A stretch of 64,000 bases of DNA from Candidatus Bathyarchaeota archaeon (GCA_963707955.1 OY970176.1:128001-192000), one strand, 5' to 3'. Positions 8,975 through 19,512 are shown, counted from the stretch's first letter. Numbers and translations are program-made. Notes: a model not told the origin generated them from the sequence alone.

Positions 8975-9610
8975 TTGGCAAAGAAAGGGCTTTCCGTCTG
9001 GATCTTCAGCTCCCTGACGTTCGTATCGGTTGCGCACCTGATTGAGGCGATTTACGTTTTGGTTTCTGGAAGCGAAATCAAGCTTCTTAAGCTCTATCCC
9101 TTTGTCGGCGGGAGTTTGAGCGGTGTTTCGCCCGTTCTGTATCTATGGCTATCTGCTTTGGCGAGCTTGGTTTTTTGGGGGATGACATGTGCAATAGCTT
9201 TTGAGAACCCTATGGAAAAGCTCTTGAAGAAGGCGGTTGCAGACGCCAAGAAGCAGAGTGTTGCTGAGACCAAGGTGGTTGAAGATAAGAGTGAAATTCT
9301 CGATGCGATGTACGAAACGTTAGAGTCTAGCAGTGAGACTATCGCAAATGTTAAGGACATGATCTGCAACGTGAGGACAGAAGTGAAAGAAATTCAGCCC
9401 TTGGCGACGACCGTTGATCTGATCAGGCTAGAGTTGAACGACTTGGCGAAAGAAGTGGAAAAGCTCGAGGATAATGTGAAGTACTCTTATGTATGCTTGG
9501 CATGCGGAAAGCCTTTGTTGCCTGAATTCAAGATATGCCCATACTGTGGCGAGGATGCCAGACTGCTGAGGACTCCTGTCATAGCTGTGACTGATCAAAA
9601 GCAGAAGTAG
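8975..9610 (+). CDS. Membrane protein with coiled coil and C-terminal zinc ribbon
   Basis: Two hydrophobic N-terminal segments, heptad region, CxxC-x10-CPYCG. Confidence 0.75.
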   Translation: MAKKGLSVWIFSSLTFVSVAHLIEAIYVLVSGSEIKLLKLYPFVGGSLSGVSPVLYLWLSALASLVFWGMTCAIAFENPMEKLLKKAVADAKKQSVAETKVVEDKSEILDAMYETLESSSETIANVKDMICNVRTEVKEIQPLATTVDLIRLELNDLAKEVEKLEDNVKYSYVCLACGKPLLPEFKICPYCGEDARLLRTPVIAVTDQKQK

Positions 9611-9623
9611 GTTTCCATTGTTT

Positions 9624-11528
9624 CTATTCTAGGGCTTCTTTAAGCCTTTGTTTCAGCACCTTACTTACAAGTGCTGCGTTCGCCTTGCCCCGCAAGTTGT
9701 TCATGGCTATGCCCATTAGGACGCTGAAGCTACTTTCTCCATGCTTCTTGATCAATTCCTTGTTTTCCTCAACAATCTTGGTCACCAACTTCTCCAGTTC
9801 AGCCTGAGGGATGGCTTGCAAGCCAAGCTCTCTGATAGCTTCTTCAATAGTTCTGTCCTCATTCTTTGACAGCCAAGTGAACACTTCCGAGATTGCTTCT
9901 TTCGCAAGTTTTCCTTCCCCTACGAGGCTGAAGATGCCGCTCAGTTGTCTGTCTGACACTTTTTCCACTCTGATGCCGTCTCGTTTTATTGCCTTCAGAG
10001 TCTCGGTCATGAATGCTGCGATGGTTGTTGGTGGGACTTTACTCTGACTTACTATGTTTTCAAACAGTTCACTGTATTCGGAGTTCAAGACCTGCCTAGC
10101 CAGCTTGTCATTAAGCCTGTACTCTTTCTGCAGCCGTTCGAGTTTCTGTTCTGGGAGTTCTGGTAGATGAGAACGAATTTCGTCCACGTAGTCTTGTGAG
10201 ATTTGAACGGGTGGGATGTCTGTTTCCGGATACATTCTTGCTGCACCGGGGCGAGGTCTCATGTAGCGTGTTGTCCCGTCAGGGTTTGGTCCTCGCGTTT
10301 CTTGAGGTACGCCTGCTATCGCTTCTCGTGCTCTTTCAACCACGGCTCTTAACGCGTCTTCAGCGTTTTCCTGATTGTCTGCGACAAGAACCACGGCGTC
10401 CTCGTCATGGGCTTCAAGGTTCTTTCTCAGTTTTTCAACCTCTTCTGTCGTTATTCCGTAAGCTGGTAGCTCATCCGTGTGGAATATCCCCCCTACTCTT
10501 CCCCAAAACTTGGCTCTGTCAGCCATCTCTGTTCCCAGCCGCAGTCCAGGGCCTAGTTCCCATTTCAGGAGGCCCTTGAACTTCGGCAATTTAACGGCCA
10601 GAACTTGCTGCTTTTTCTCTAGGGCTTTTTGAATCACTTTGCACTTCGTATTCTTGAAGACATCTTCCACGTTGAAGAACTCGGCCTTCACTTGGTCGTC
10701 TTCAACTCCGCTCTTCCTTAGTTCTTCGCTTATTCTTATGAGGTTCAGCTGACGACGAACTTCGTACTCGACGACGATTGAAACAAGTTCGAGTTCTTGT
10801 AGACCTTTGATTTCTATGAGAGCTCCTCTAGGGATCGATATGTTTACGTCTTGGCGGATTGAGCCGAGGCCGCGTATTACTTTTCCAGTTGCTCTCAGTA
10901 TCCTTCCGATTGCGAGTGCCACTTCTTCGGCTTCATTAGGCGACTTTATGACTGGCGCGGTGGCAACTTCTATCAGTGGTATGCCCAAGCGGTCAATGCG
11001 ATATTTTATTGTGCTTCCTTTCTCTTCGCCTGTTTTTCTCGCAGCGTCCTCTTCTAGGCTTGCATGTTGAATTGGAACCGTTTTTTCTCCCACTTTGATT
11101 TCTCCGTTGAGGGCTACTACGCATGTTCTTTGAAAACCTGTGGTGTTTGAGCCGTCTATCACTGTCTTGCGCATCACGTGTATTTCGCCAACGGGGTTAG
11201 CATTCATCATTAGAGCCGCTGTCAGGACTGTTTTGACGGCTTCCTTGTTCAAGGCGTGGGGAGGTTCTTCATCCATCTCAACAAGGCATGACGTCGCATT
11301 GTTTGCCTCGTAGAGGATTTTGACTCCCTTTTGAAATTCGAAGAAAGCCGCAGGGTCCACTTGACCCAGCTCGCTCTGGGTCGGTCTGAGTCTGCGCAGA
11401 AAAGTTATTTCTGGTTCTTCTTTGAAGAGTGCTGGCTTGCAGCTACAGAACAGTTTCGTCGAAGTGTTCAGTTGCTGGTGGATTTCTAAGCCGACTATCA
11501 ACCCGATTTTTCCGTAATCTAGCTCCAA
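9624..11528 (-). CDS. gatE: Glu-tRNA(Gln) amidotransferase subunit E
   Basis: GLEIHQQL, DGSNTTGFQRT, DRLGIPLIE, RPGAARMYPETD. Confidence 0.97.
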   Translation of the reverse strand: MELDYGKIGLIVGLEIHQQLNTSTKLFCSCKPALFKEEPEITFLRRLRPTQSELGQVDPAAFFEFQKGVKILYEANNATSCLVEMDEEPPHALNKEAVKTVLTAALMMNANPVGEIHVMRKTVIDGSNTTGFQRTCVVALNGEIKVGEKTVPIQHASLEEDAARKTGEEKGSTIKYRIDRLGIPLIEVATAPVIKSPNEAEEVALAIGRILRATGKVIRGLGSIRQDVNISIPRGALIEIKGLQELELVSIVVEYEVRRQLNLIRISEELRKSGVEDDQVKAEFFNVEDVFKNTKCKVIQKALEKKQQVLAVKLPKFKGLLKWELGPGLRLGTEMADRAKFWGRVGGIFHTDELPAYGITTEEVEKLRKNLEAHDEDAVVLVADNQENAEDALRAVVERAREAIAGVPQETRGPNPDGTTRYMRPRPGAARMYPETDIPPVQISQDYVDEIRSHLPELPEQKLERLQKEYRLNDKLARQVLNSEYSELFENIVSQSKVPPTTIAAFMTETLKAIKRDGIRVEKVSDRQLSGIFSLVGEGKLAKEAISEVFTWLSKNEDRTIEEAIRELGLQAIPQAELEKLVTKIVEENKELIKKHGESSFSVLMGIAMNNLRGKANAALVSKVLKQRLKEALE

Positions 11529-12880
11529 TCGCAGCCACCTTTGTGTTGCTCACAACTCATCTTCTCCGCAAGGGTTCTTAGCGAAAACTCTCCCGCAATG
11601 TTTGTTTTCAATAGTCTCTTTGCCTCTTCGCTGTCCTCGGTCTGTCCAAGAACCCACATGAGTTTGACAAGAGCCGTCTCGGGAAGCATGTCCTCCAAGG
11701 GGATCACGCCTAGAGCTTGTAAATCACGACCTGCGTCGTAAACGTTCATGTTTACGCGTCCCCAGATACACTGAGACGTCATTGCAATGATAATGCCCTG
11801 TCCAACAGCTTTTCTCAAGGCCTCGTAACAGGCTTTGCTGATGTGACCCAGACCTGTGCCTTCAATGACTATGCCCTTGTACTTTTTCTCTGTATAGAAA
11901 TGTATGATTGCCGGGTCCATTCCAGGGTAGAATTTTATCAACGAGACGTTTTCTTGGAAGTCTGGCCTTAGCATGAGTGTTCTTGATCGGTCTCGTTTCT
12001 GATAGTCTTGTGTTAGCATGACTATTTTGTCTTTTTCTACCCTCGCAATCGGTGTTGCATTCACAGACTTGAAAGCGTCTCTTCTGCTCGTGTGGCATTT
12101 TCGGACTTTTGTTCCCCTGTGAAATGCTATGTAGTTGTCTGAGGGCGTCTCATGCATTGCTACTACTACTTCAGCGAACGGCGCTTTGGCCGCGGCCCAG
12201 ACAGCTCCCAAGAGATTTGTAGCGGCATCTGAGCTCGGGCGATCTGCTGAACGTTGCGAGCCAACGATTATAACTGGGGCTGGAAGGCTTTGTAATGCGA
12301 AGCTAAGGGCTGCGGCAGTGTATCCCATGGTGTCTGTTCCGTGGGCTACGACGACGCCGTCGACTCCTTCTGACATCTGCTTTGCAACGGCATGAGCGAT
12401 TTGAGTCCATTGTTGGGACCCAATGTTTTCGCTGAAAAGGCTCAGAAGTATCTGGGTTTCTATGCGTGCCACGTCTGCCAGTTCGGGGACAACGCTGTAG
12501 AGGTCGTTTGCGGTCAAAGCTGGCCTAACGCCGCCTGTTCGGTAATCCACGCGGCTGGCTATTGTTCCACCCGTGCTTATTATGGTGGTTCTTGGAAGCT
12601 CTGGCTTCTGTTGTGGAAGAGGTGGCGCTGCAAAGGTCGGTTCTATGCCTTCTCCGACTTTCTCAACCTTCGTGTCTGCCGTTATGGCTATGCCGATGTT
12701 GTAACCATTTTTCAGCTTCACGACAACGTGCTTTTCATCACCGTACTCAGATCGCGGGATCAGAATTCCTTCGTAGACCTCGTTTTCTCTGGTTACACGA
12801 ATCACATCGCCTATGTTAGCCCGAGCCTTTTTGATTGCCTCAAGGGCTTTGCCTCGGTAGCCCGTTTCTTTTTCAGCCAT
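11519..12880 (-). CDS. gatD: Glu-tRNA(Gln) amidotransferase subunit D
   Basis: KLKNGYNIG, STGGTIASRVDY, HGTDT, GSQRSADRPSSD. Confidence 0.97.
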   Translation of the reverse strand: MAEKETGYRGKALEAIKKARANIGDVIRVTRENEVYEGILIPRSEYGDEKHVVVKLKNGYNIGIAITADTKVEKVGEGIEPTFAAPPLPQQKPELPRTTIISTGGTIASRVDYRTGGVRPALTANDLYSVVPELADVARIETQILLSLFSENIGSQQWTQIAHAVAKQMSEGVDGVVVAHGTDTMGYTAAALSFALQSLPAPVIIVGSQRSADRPSSDAATNLLGAVWAAAKAPFAEVVVAMHETPSDNYIAFHRGTKVRKCHTSRRDAFKSVNATPIARVEKDKIVMLTQDYQKRDRSRTLMLRPDFQENVSLIKFYPGMDPAIIHFYTEKKYKGIVIEGTGLGHISKACYEALRKAVGQGIIIAMTSQCIWGRVNMNVYDAGRDLQALGVIPLEDMLPETALVKLMWVLGQTEDSEEAKRLLKTNIAGEFSLRTLAEKMSCEQHKGGCDWS

Positions 12881-12882
12881 TT

Positions 12883-14478
12883 TTAATTCTCCAACGTTTT
12901 TGACATGTAAACTCCATCGTAATCGTAACCGAACCGCTTGTAGTATTGCTTTGTACCAAGGGCACTTATAACTAAAATCTTCTTAAAACTGTACTCTTCC
13001 AGAGTTATGCGCTCCGCTTGGGCGAGCAGAATGCCTCCGTAGCCCTTGTGCTGCCAGGCTTTTGCAAAGTGTTCGCCAACGGGGACAAGTGAACCGTAAA
13101 CATGCAGTTCCCGCACTATTGTGCACATTGTGGCTTTCACTTCTGGTCTGTGCGCCTTTTCAGAGGGAACCCTAAGTCTCAGATAGCCGATCAGGATGTC
13201 GCTTTCAGGGTCTTCTGCGGATATGAAGATTTCTTGGCCTTCTGAGGCCTTGTATCGTGTGGTTAGAGTCCGGATTTTTTCTGGGTCAACGTTTACGTTA
13301 TCGCTTCTCAGCCTGTGGCCGACTTCTCTGCAGCGTATACACCTGCATCTAAAGCCTTTTTCTTGAACCTTCTTCTGCACTAGTTGGCGGAGGTTGCTCT
13401 TGTTGACGCCTGCAACTATCAGGGGCGCAGGGATATCGCGCTGGACTCGCATCACGCGTATCCACGGCGGTATGATTCTTTTGACTTCTGCGATGAGGTC
13501 TGCTGCTTCCTCGTTTGTGTAGGGTGTGAACGTGCCTTGACGGTACCATTCATAGGCTTTTGTGTCTTTCAAAACTAAGCATGGATAGATTTTGACCATG
13601 TCTGGTTTGAATTTCGGGTTGGTGAAAATTGTCTTGAAGGCTTCAAGATCTTGTTCTCGGTTGGTGCCGGGAAACCCAGGCATCAGATGGTAGACGACTT
13701 TCAGCCCAGCGTCCTTCATTATTCGTGTTGCCTCAACAACTTCTGCGAGTGTATGTTTTCTACCAACGAGATGATAGATTCTGTCGCTTGGGTATTGAAC
13801 GCCCATTTCCACACGGGTTACACCCATGTTGAGCATTTGGTCCACGTGTGCTTCTTTCGCCCAATCTGGACGCGTTTCAACAGTTAATCCCACGTTACGC
13901 ATTCTGCTCGTTTCTGCGTTCTTCTTCGCCTCTTCCAGACTGGCTGAATCTTTCTGAGTGATTGCATCCAGGCAGCGTTGGATGAACCAGGTTTGGTAAT
14001 CTGCTGGAGTGGCAGGAAAAGTTCCTCCCATGATTATCAGTTCTACCTTGTCAACTTGGTGTCCTATTGCTTTCAACTGTTGGATGCGCGTCTTCACTTG
14101 CAAGTAGGGGTTGAAGTCGTTTTGCAGGCCTCGCATTGCTGCGGGTTCAAAGCCAGTGTAGCTCTGGGGAACTCCCTGTTTTGGTCCTCCTGGGCAGTAG
14201 GCGCAGGGCTCATCTTGTGGGCATGGGTATGGCTTAGTCATTGCGGCCAAGACTGTGACGCCTGACATTGTCCGTGTTGCCTTTCTTCGTAGCAGTGGGA
14301 GAAGTTTGCGTTTTTCTTCTTGCTTGAGTATGTTTATTATTTCCGAGTTTGAGGGTATCCTTTGGAGCCGGTACTTGGAGGCCGCTTTTGCCTTTGCGCG
14401 GTCCAGATCGCTGGAGCTAGGTGCGGGAATGTGCATGAGATTTCTGATTATTTCTTCTATTGGTTTGTCCTCGTTCAA
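12883..14478 (-). CDS. elp3: Elp3 radical SAM/GNAT tRNA U34 acetyltransferase
   Basis: CP-x4-CAYCPGG, ETRPD, KIYPCLV, CIRCRE, RELHVYG, QHKGYG. Confidence 0.95.
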   Translation of the reverse strand: MNEDKPIEEIIRNLMHIPAPSSSDLDRAKAKAASKYRLQRIPSNSEIINILKQEEKRKLLPLLRRKATRTMSGVTVLAAMTKPYPCPQDEPCAYCPGGPKQGVPQSYTGFEPAAMRGLQNDFNPYLQVKTRIQQLKAIGHQVDKVELIIMGGTFPATPADYQTWFIQRCLDAITQKDSASLEEAKKNAETSRMRNVGLTVETRPDWAKEAHVDQMLNMGVTRVEMGVQYPSDRIYHLVGRKHTLAEVVEATRIMKDAGLKVVYHLMPGFPGTNREQDLEAFKTIFTNPKFKPDMVKIYPCLVLKDTKAYEWYRQGTFTPYTNEEAADLIAEVKRIIPPWIRVMRVQRDIPAPLIVAGVNKSNLRQLVQKKVQEKGFRCRCIRCREVGHRLRSDNVNVDPEKIRTLTTRYKASEGQEIFISAEDPESDILIGYLRLRVPSEKAHRPEVKATMCTIVRELHVYGSLVPVGEHFAKAWQHKGYGGILLAQAERITLEEYSFKKILVISALGTKQYYKRFGYDYDGVYMSKTLEN

Positions 14479-14536
14479 CTTGAAGGCGACCGTTATGGAT
14501 TAATTTGAAACATGCAAATAAACCGAGCTTCCAGCT

Positions 14537-16105
14537 TTACCGTTTAGAGTAGACGATCTTTCCATCGACGATGACCATTTCCACCGTTACATCGCGTATC
14601 TTCTCCGGCGGAATCTTCGTCAGATCATGTGACACTATCGTGAGGTCTGCATGTTTTCCAGCTTCAATCGTCCCTTTCTTCTCCTCATCGAAGGAGGCAT
14701 AGGTTGCGTTCAACGTGTACGTTTTCAAAGCCTCTTCAACATTGAGTCTTTCCTCCACGTTGTCTTTCCTTGTCACGGCTGCCCATATGCCAAGCAGGGG
14801 ACTGATCTGTTCAATTGGGCAGTCTGAGCCAGAGGCAACTGTCACTCCTTCCTCTAGAAGTGTTTTGAATGGGTAAGCCCAGCGTGCTCTTCTGCGGCCG
14901 ACACGGTCGTGGATCCAGAAGTCGGAAGCGACGAAGTGAGGTTGCACTGAGGCCACTAAGCTTAGGCGCTTCATGCGGGGAATGAGTTCTGGGTTCAAAA
15001 TGGAACAGTGTTCGATTCTATGTCTGTGATTTTGTCTTGGCACCTTTTTCAGGGCTTCTTCAAAGGCTTTCAGAACGTTTTCCATTGCTCGGTCGCCTAT
15101 GGCGTGAACGCCGAGCTGCAGCTCGCCACTGTGAGCTTTCAAAACAATTTGACATAGCTCTTTTTGGGTGTAGAGCATCATCCCCCGTTTTTCAGGGTCA
15201 TCAGAATAGGGTTTTTTCAGTGCGGCCGTGCGGGCTCCCAGTGAGCCGTCCGCCAAGACTTTGATGAAGCCAATTCTTATCATGTCGTTTCCAAAGTTCG
15301 GAAGCAATCCTAAGCTAAGAGTCTCATCCAAGAGCTTCACGGGCACACCAATGTAAACTCTCAACAGTAGCATGCCCTCGGAGTACAGCCTTTGCAAGAC
15401 GCGCATTTCTTCAGCGGACCTTACAAGCCAATGGACTCCTGTAAGCCCAGCCTCCACGGCTTTCCTGCAGGCCAAAAGGCATGCTTTCTTAAGCTCTTCC
15501 TTGCTTGGTTTTGGGATTACTTTCCAAACAAGACTCATGGCGTTTCCTCGAACGATGCCGTTAGGTTGACCGGTGGCTTCTTCTAGGTCTATCTTTCCTC
15601 CTTTGACCGTCGTTTCCTTTGTTATCCCAGCAAGTTGCAAGGTTTTGGTGTTAGCGACGCCTAAGCATCCGCAGACACGGCTCAGGAAGACAGGTTTATC
15701 TGCAACCGCGGCGTCCAGGTCCATGCGGGTTGGATATCGTTTTTCTGCAAGTTTCTCTTGGTCCCAACGTCCTCCGAGAATCCAGTCTAGTTCAGGACTC
15801 TTATCGATATGTTCGCGCAGTTTTTCTTGGATCTCCCGTATCGATTTTACCTGTCTCAGGTCTAGGTTCTGCAGAGAAAAGCCAAATTCTAGCATATGCG
15901 CGTGGCAGTCAACAAGTCCTGGAATAATGGTCCTGTTCCTGCACTCGATAACCTTTGTGTTTTGGCCCTCGTGTTTGTGGATTTCCTGGTTGGAACCTAC
16001 GGCAGTTATCTTGCCGTCTTGAATAGCAATTGCTTGGGCCCTGGGCTGCTTAGGATTTAGCGTCACCACATTGGCATCAAGAAGTATAAAGTTAGATTCT
16101 GACAT
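14537..16105 (-). CDS. Metal-dependent amidohydrolase (YtcJ-like)
   Basis: PGLVDCHAH, DGSLGARTA, HAIGD, RIEH, GSDCP. Confidence 0.9.
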   Translation of the reverse strand: MSESNFILLDANVVTLNPKQPRAQAIAIQDGKITAVGSNQEIHKHEGQNTKVIECRNRTIIPGLVDCHAHMLEFGFSLQNLDLRQVKSIREIQEKLREHIDKSPELDWILGGRWDQEKLAEKRYPTRMDLDAAVADKPVFLSRVCGCLGVANTKTLQLAGITKETTVKGGKIDLEEATGQPNGIVRGNAMSLVWKVIPKPSKEELKKACLLACRKAVEAGLTGVHWLVRSAEEMRVLQRLYSEGMLLLRVYIGVPVKLLDETLSLGLLPNFGNDMIRIGFIKVLADGSLGARTAALKKPYSDDPEKRGMMLYTQKELCQIVLKAHSGELQLGVHAIGDRAMENVLKAFEEALKKVPRQNHRHRIEHCSILNPELIPRMKRLSLVASVQPHFVASDFWIHDRVGRRRARWAYPFKTLLEEGVTVASGSDCPIEQISPLLGIWAAVTRKDNVEERLNVEEALKTYTLNATYASFDEEKKGTIEAGKHADLTIVSHDLTKIPPEKIRDVTVEMVIVDGKIVYSKR

Positions 16106-16138
16106 GCTCAGGAATATTGAGTGAGAAAAATAAAAACC

Positions 16139-16300
16139 TTAAACCCAGTTTTGTCCAGGCTTTCTCTGAAGAATTACCCTTTTCTCGTAGTTCCGCCTGT
16201 TTCTATACCTTGGACTCGGGCTCTTCTTGGATGTAGCCTGTATTTTTGGAGTTTGAGACCTGACTTTTCCGGCTTTGGAAAGCGAACCGTGAGTAGGCAT
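16139..16300 (-). CDS. rps30e: 30S ribosomal protein S30e (absent from the ORF track)
   Basis: Hand translation gives [53 protein letters not shown] (53 aa), containing the eS30 signature HGSLxKAGKVRxQTPK. Confidence 0.95.
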   Translation of the reverse strand: MPTHGSLSKAGKVRSQTPKIQATSKKSPSPRYRNRRNYEKRVILQRKPGQNWV

Positions 16301-16373
16301 TTATGTACACCGTCTCTACGTAGAACGTAGAGTAACTCTTAAACATTTCCAGTTGTCATTCTGTTAGGATCAG

Positions 16374-16483
16374 GCGGGGGTCGCCGAGCATGGCCAAAGG
16401 CGCAGAGTCGCCTAGTGCGACGCGGTAGCTTCAGGAGCCTGTCCTGTAGAGGTTCGTGGGTTCAAATCCCACCCCCCGCACCA
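16374..16483 (+). tRNA. tRNA-Leu(CAG) with a 22-nt intron (16406-16427) at position 29/30
   Basis: Acceptor GCGGGGG/CCCCCGC, encoded CCA, TTCAAAT T-loop, long variable arm. Removing 16406-16427 restores the arm CAGGC-TTCAGGA-GCCTG, anticodon at 16432-16434. Confidence 0.93.
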
Positions 16484-16511
16484 CAGTTCGCGCGCGCTAC
16501 TCCTTTCTTTC

Positions 16512-17720
16512 TTACCTTGTCATCATTCTTCTGAAAACGGGCACGGCTATTGCTGTCATGATCGCTCCGAACACTATCATTATTGTAAGCTCAGTGGTTA
16601 TGTCCGGTATTCCTGCGCCTAGAACCATGACTTTTCTGAGGGCTTGCGATGCGTAGGTAAGGGGAAGTACTTTTGAGATGTCTTGCATGTACCAGGGCAT
16701 TTGCTGTATAGGGAAGAATACTCCGCTGAGGAACATCATGGGGAACATCAGCGTCATCATCATCATCTGCGCTGTCTCTTGGTCTTTTGCGAAGGACGTT
16801 ATTACGATGCCGAGGCCGACGAAGCTGAACACGCCCAACAAGAGCAGCGCGAAGACAAGCAGGATGCTTCCTTGAATTGAGACGCGAAACAAAACGGTAG
16901 CCATCACTAGTATAATGGTTCCCTGCAGCAGGCCTCTGGCAGTCTGACCTAGGGTTTTCCCAAGTATTATGGACAGCCTGTTGATTGGTGCAACCATCAT
17001 TCCGTCCAAAGTGCCGATTTCCTTCTCTTGGGATATGGCCACAGGAAGCCCTGTCATGACGCTCATCATTACGGTCATGGCCATTATTCCTGGCGCGATG
17101 AAGTCGAAGTAACTGGGGGTTCCTGGTACAACTCCTTCTGTCTGAACACTGTAAGGCTGCACGTAGGCGAGGGAGTTGTTGTCGTTGACTACCGCCGGGT
17201 TTAAGCCCGTAACCTTATTTCGGGCTATCGATGTGCCCATCTGGTCGAAAACACCTGTCAAAGCTGCCTGAATGGTAGCCGATACTTGCGGGTTAGACTG
17301 GTCGATTATGATGATCAGAGTACCTTGTTCTCCGTTCAAGATGCTCTCAGTGAAATTGCTTGGGATGACTATGCCTCCTTCGATATCGCCTTTCTGAACC
17401 ATGCTTTTGATATCGCTCACACTTGATGCGTTGGAAAGAGCAATCATTCTTGGGCTTGTCCCGCTGTTAATCTGTTGCAATGCCATTGTAAAATTCTTTC
17501 CCAAAAAAATGGAATTACCATAACCTATATCCTCATTCACGAGGGCAACTGGCAAGTTGGTCGGGGCGCTACTACTTGATGGATATATAAAGCCAACCAT
17601 GACCATCATGAACAACGGCATCAGGATAAGTAAGACTAGCCCCAACCGGTTCCTGAACAATTCCGTTAAATCTTTCCAAGCTATCCTGAAACTGTGTGAA
17701 AGCAAAGTTCTTGCACCCAT
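16512..17720 (-). CDS. ABC-2 type exporter permease
   Basis: EKEIGTL, FPMMFLSGVFFP, PLTY, large extracellular loop. Confidence 0.9.
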   Translation of the reverse strand: MGARTLLSHSFRIAWKDLTELFRNRLGLVLLILMPLFMMVMVGFIYPSSSSAPTNLPVALVNEDIGYGNSIFLGKNFTMALQQINSGTSPRMIALSNASSVSDIKSMVQKGDIEGGIVIPSNFTESILNGEQGTLIIIIDQSNPQVSATIQAALTGVFDQMGTSIARNKVTGLNPAVVNDNNSLAYVQPYSVQTEGVVPGTPSYFDFIAPGIMAMTVMMSVMTGLPVAISQEKEIGTLDGMMVAPINRLSIILGKTLGQTARGLLQGTIILVMATVLFRVSIQGSILLVFALLLLGVFSFVGLGIVITSFAKDQETAQMMMMTLMFPMMFLSGVFFPIQQMPWYMQDISKVLPLTYASQALRKVMVLGAGIPDITTELTIMIVFGAIMTAIAVPVFRRMMTR

Positions 17721-17726
17721 GTTATA

Positions 17727-18749
17727 TCACCTTATCCTTCCTTGGGGAGCCCCAAAGCGTCGACGACCCATCGCCATCGGTATCTTCTGGTCTGCGCTAT
17801 CTCTTACCTCGTGACCAGTTATGTGCAAGAACACGTCCTCAAGTGTGGGCTGAAGGTTTTCAATAGAGTTTATCTTTCCGCCTTTCGCCCTCACTGCGTC
17901 AATTACTGAGTCGAACGCCTCATCGCCGTGGACGATGATTCTCAAGTGGGTAGAATTTTCTTGAGTAACAGCATCGGTGCATTGACACGCCCGGATTGCC
18001 TCAATAATACTAGGTGATAAATTTCCAATCTCCAGTTTCAATATTGTTGTGTCGGCTCCAGAAATCACTCTTTTCAAATTCGTTGACGTATCAAGCGCAA
18101 CTATCTTAGCATGGTCCATGATGCCGATGCGGTCGCATAGCAAATCAGCATCCACCATCATGTGCGTCGTTATGATAATCGAGGTGTGATTTTCTCTATT
18201 GAGTTTCTTTATGAACTCTCTGATCTCAACGGACGACTGAGGATCCAAACCTAAAGTAGGCTCATCCAAGAATAGCACTTGGGGCATGTTGAGCAACGCC
18301 CGTATTACGTTCATCCTCTGTCGCATGCCAGTGGAAAACGTACCTGCTTGAGCGTTCTTCCATTTGGTAAGCTGAACCAGCTCTAGCAGATCGTCAATTC
18401 TCTTATTTAAGATATCTTTAGGGATGTTGAAGAGATTTCCGAAGAAAACCAAGTTCTCTTTGGCTGTCAACCGGTTGTACAATATCATTTTTTCGGACAC
18501 GATGCCTATTAGTTTCCGCACCTCGGTATCATCCTTCACTATGTCGTAACCGCCAACCGTGGCGGTTCCCTTCGTGGGCCTCGCTAACGTGGAGAGCATG
18601 CGTAAGGTTGTGCTCTTACCAGCTCCGTTAGGACCGAGCAGACCAAATATCTCGCCTTTTTTCACATCAAACGAGATGCTGTCAACCGCAACGAAATCGC
18701 CGAAGGACTTCGTCAAGTTCTTGACATCGATTATTGGGTCATTTTCCAA
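17727..18749 (-). CDS. ABC exporter ATP-binding subunit (DrrA-like)
   Basis: GPNGAGKS, FSTGMRQR, FLDEPT, TTH; TTG start after SD GGTGAT. Confidence 0.9.
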   Translation of the reverse strand: MENDPIIDVKNLTKSFGDFVAVDSISFDVKKGEIFGLLGPNGAGKSTTLRMLSTLARPTKGTATVGGYDIVKDDTEVRKLIGIVSEKMILYNRLTAKENLVFFGNLFNIPKDILNKRIDDLLELVQLTKWKNAQAGTFSTGMRQRMNVIRALLNMPQVLFLDEPTLGLDPQSSVEIREFIKKLNRENHTSIIITTHMMVDADLLCDRIGIMDHAKIVALDTSTNLKRVISGADTTILKLEIGNLSPSIIEAIRACQCTDAVTQENSTHLRIIVHGDEAFDSVIDAVRAKGGKINSIENLQPTLEDVFLHITGHEVRDSADQKIPMAMGRRRFGAPQGRIR

Positions 18750-18766
18750 GAGAGCATCACCGCCAG

Positions 18767-18785
18767 ATATTGTTCGTTGCAATAT
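18767..18785. promoter_or_regulatory. Candidate PadR operator
   Basis: ATATTG-N7-CAATAT inverted repeat between the divergent ABC and padR genes. Confidence 0.4.
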
Positions 18786-18841
18786 ATCGTAGTAAAATAT
18801 AAATATTCCGATAATACTCAGATGAGAAAGATGAACCCAAA

Positions 18842-19453
18842 ATGCAGTGCGAAGACGAAATAACTGCTGGGCACTGGCTTAAGGAAACGCAGAAGGGCTA
18901 TATACGCATTGCCGCGCTGATTCTTCTCAACAAGAAGCCGTATCACGGCTATGAAATAATGAGAGAGATCAAGGAAAGAACCATGGGTTTTTGGAGACCA
19001 ACCGCTGGCGGCATCTATCCCATACTTCGAAACCTAGAAGACTCTAGATATATCGAGGGAAAATGGGAGGTTCAGAAGAAAAGGAAAAGAAAGATATTTC
19101 GAATCACAGAAGCGGGCAAGCAGGTTCTGAGGCGGTCTCTGGCCAAAGAGAGTCAAATTGCCAATAGTATGAGCGGCTTGTTCACGGAATTTATGAAAGA
19201 CGTGTTGGATTTGGAGAAGACCGTTTCAATCCCAAGAATACCGAACCTTTTCTCAGTCTTCCTTGAAGAGAGAAAAGAAAAACCAGATGATACGATGAAC
19301 GTCTTACAAAGCAAGCGTAAACAGATTGAGAAAATGATAAAAGAGTTACAGAAAGAGCTAGCGGCAATCAAAAGAAGAGTAACCCAAGCAGAACGGTTTG
19401 AACAAAAGGGCAGAAAGCGAATCTTAACAATGGAAGCAAGCAACGCAGAATGA
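18842..19453 (+). CDS. PadR-family transcriptional regulator
   Basis: HGYEIM..I..PTAGGIYPIL..LE, RITEAG, coiled-coil C-terminus. Confidence 0.9.
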   Translation: MQCEDEITAGHWLKETQKGYIRIAALILLNKKPYHGYEIMREIKERTMGFWRPTAGGIYPILRNLEDSRYIEGKWEVQKKRKRKIFRITEAGKQVLRRSLAKESQIANSMSGLFTEFMKDVLDLEKTVSIPRIPNLFSVFLEERKEKPDDTMNVLQSKRKQIEKMIKELQKELAAIKRRVTQAERFEQKGRKRILTMEASNAE

Positions 19454-19512
19454 TGATTAAGCTTGACATTAACTCTAATTCTAATGATCAGAAGGCAAAT
19501 CAGGTGTGAAAT

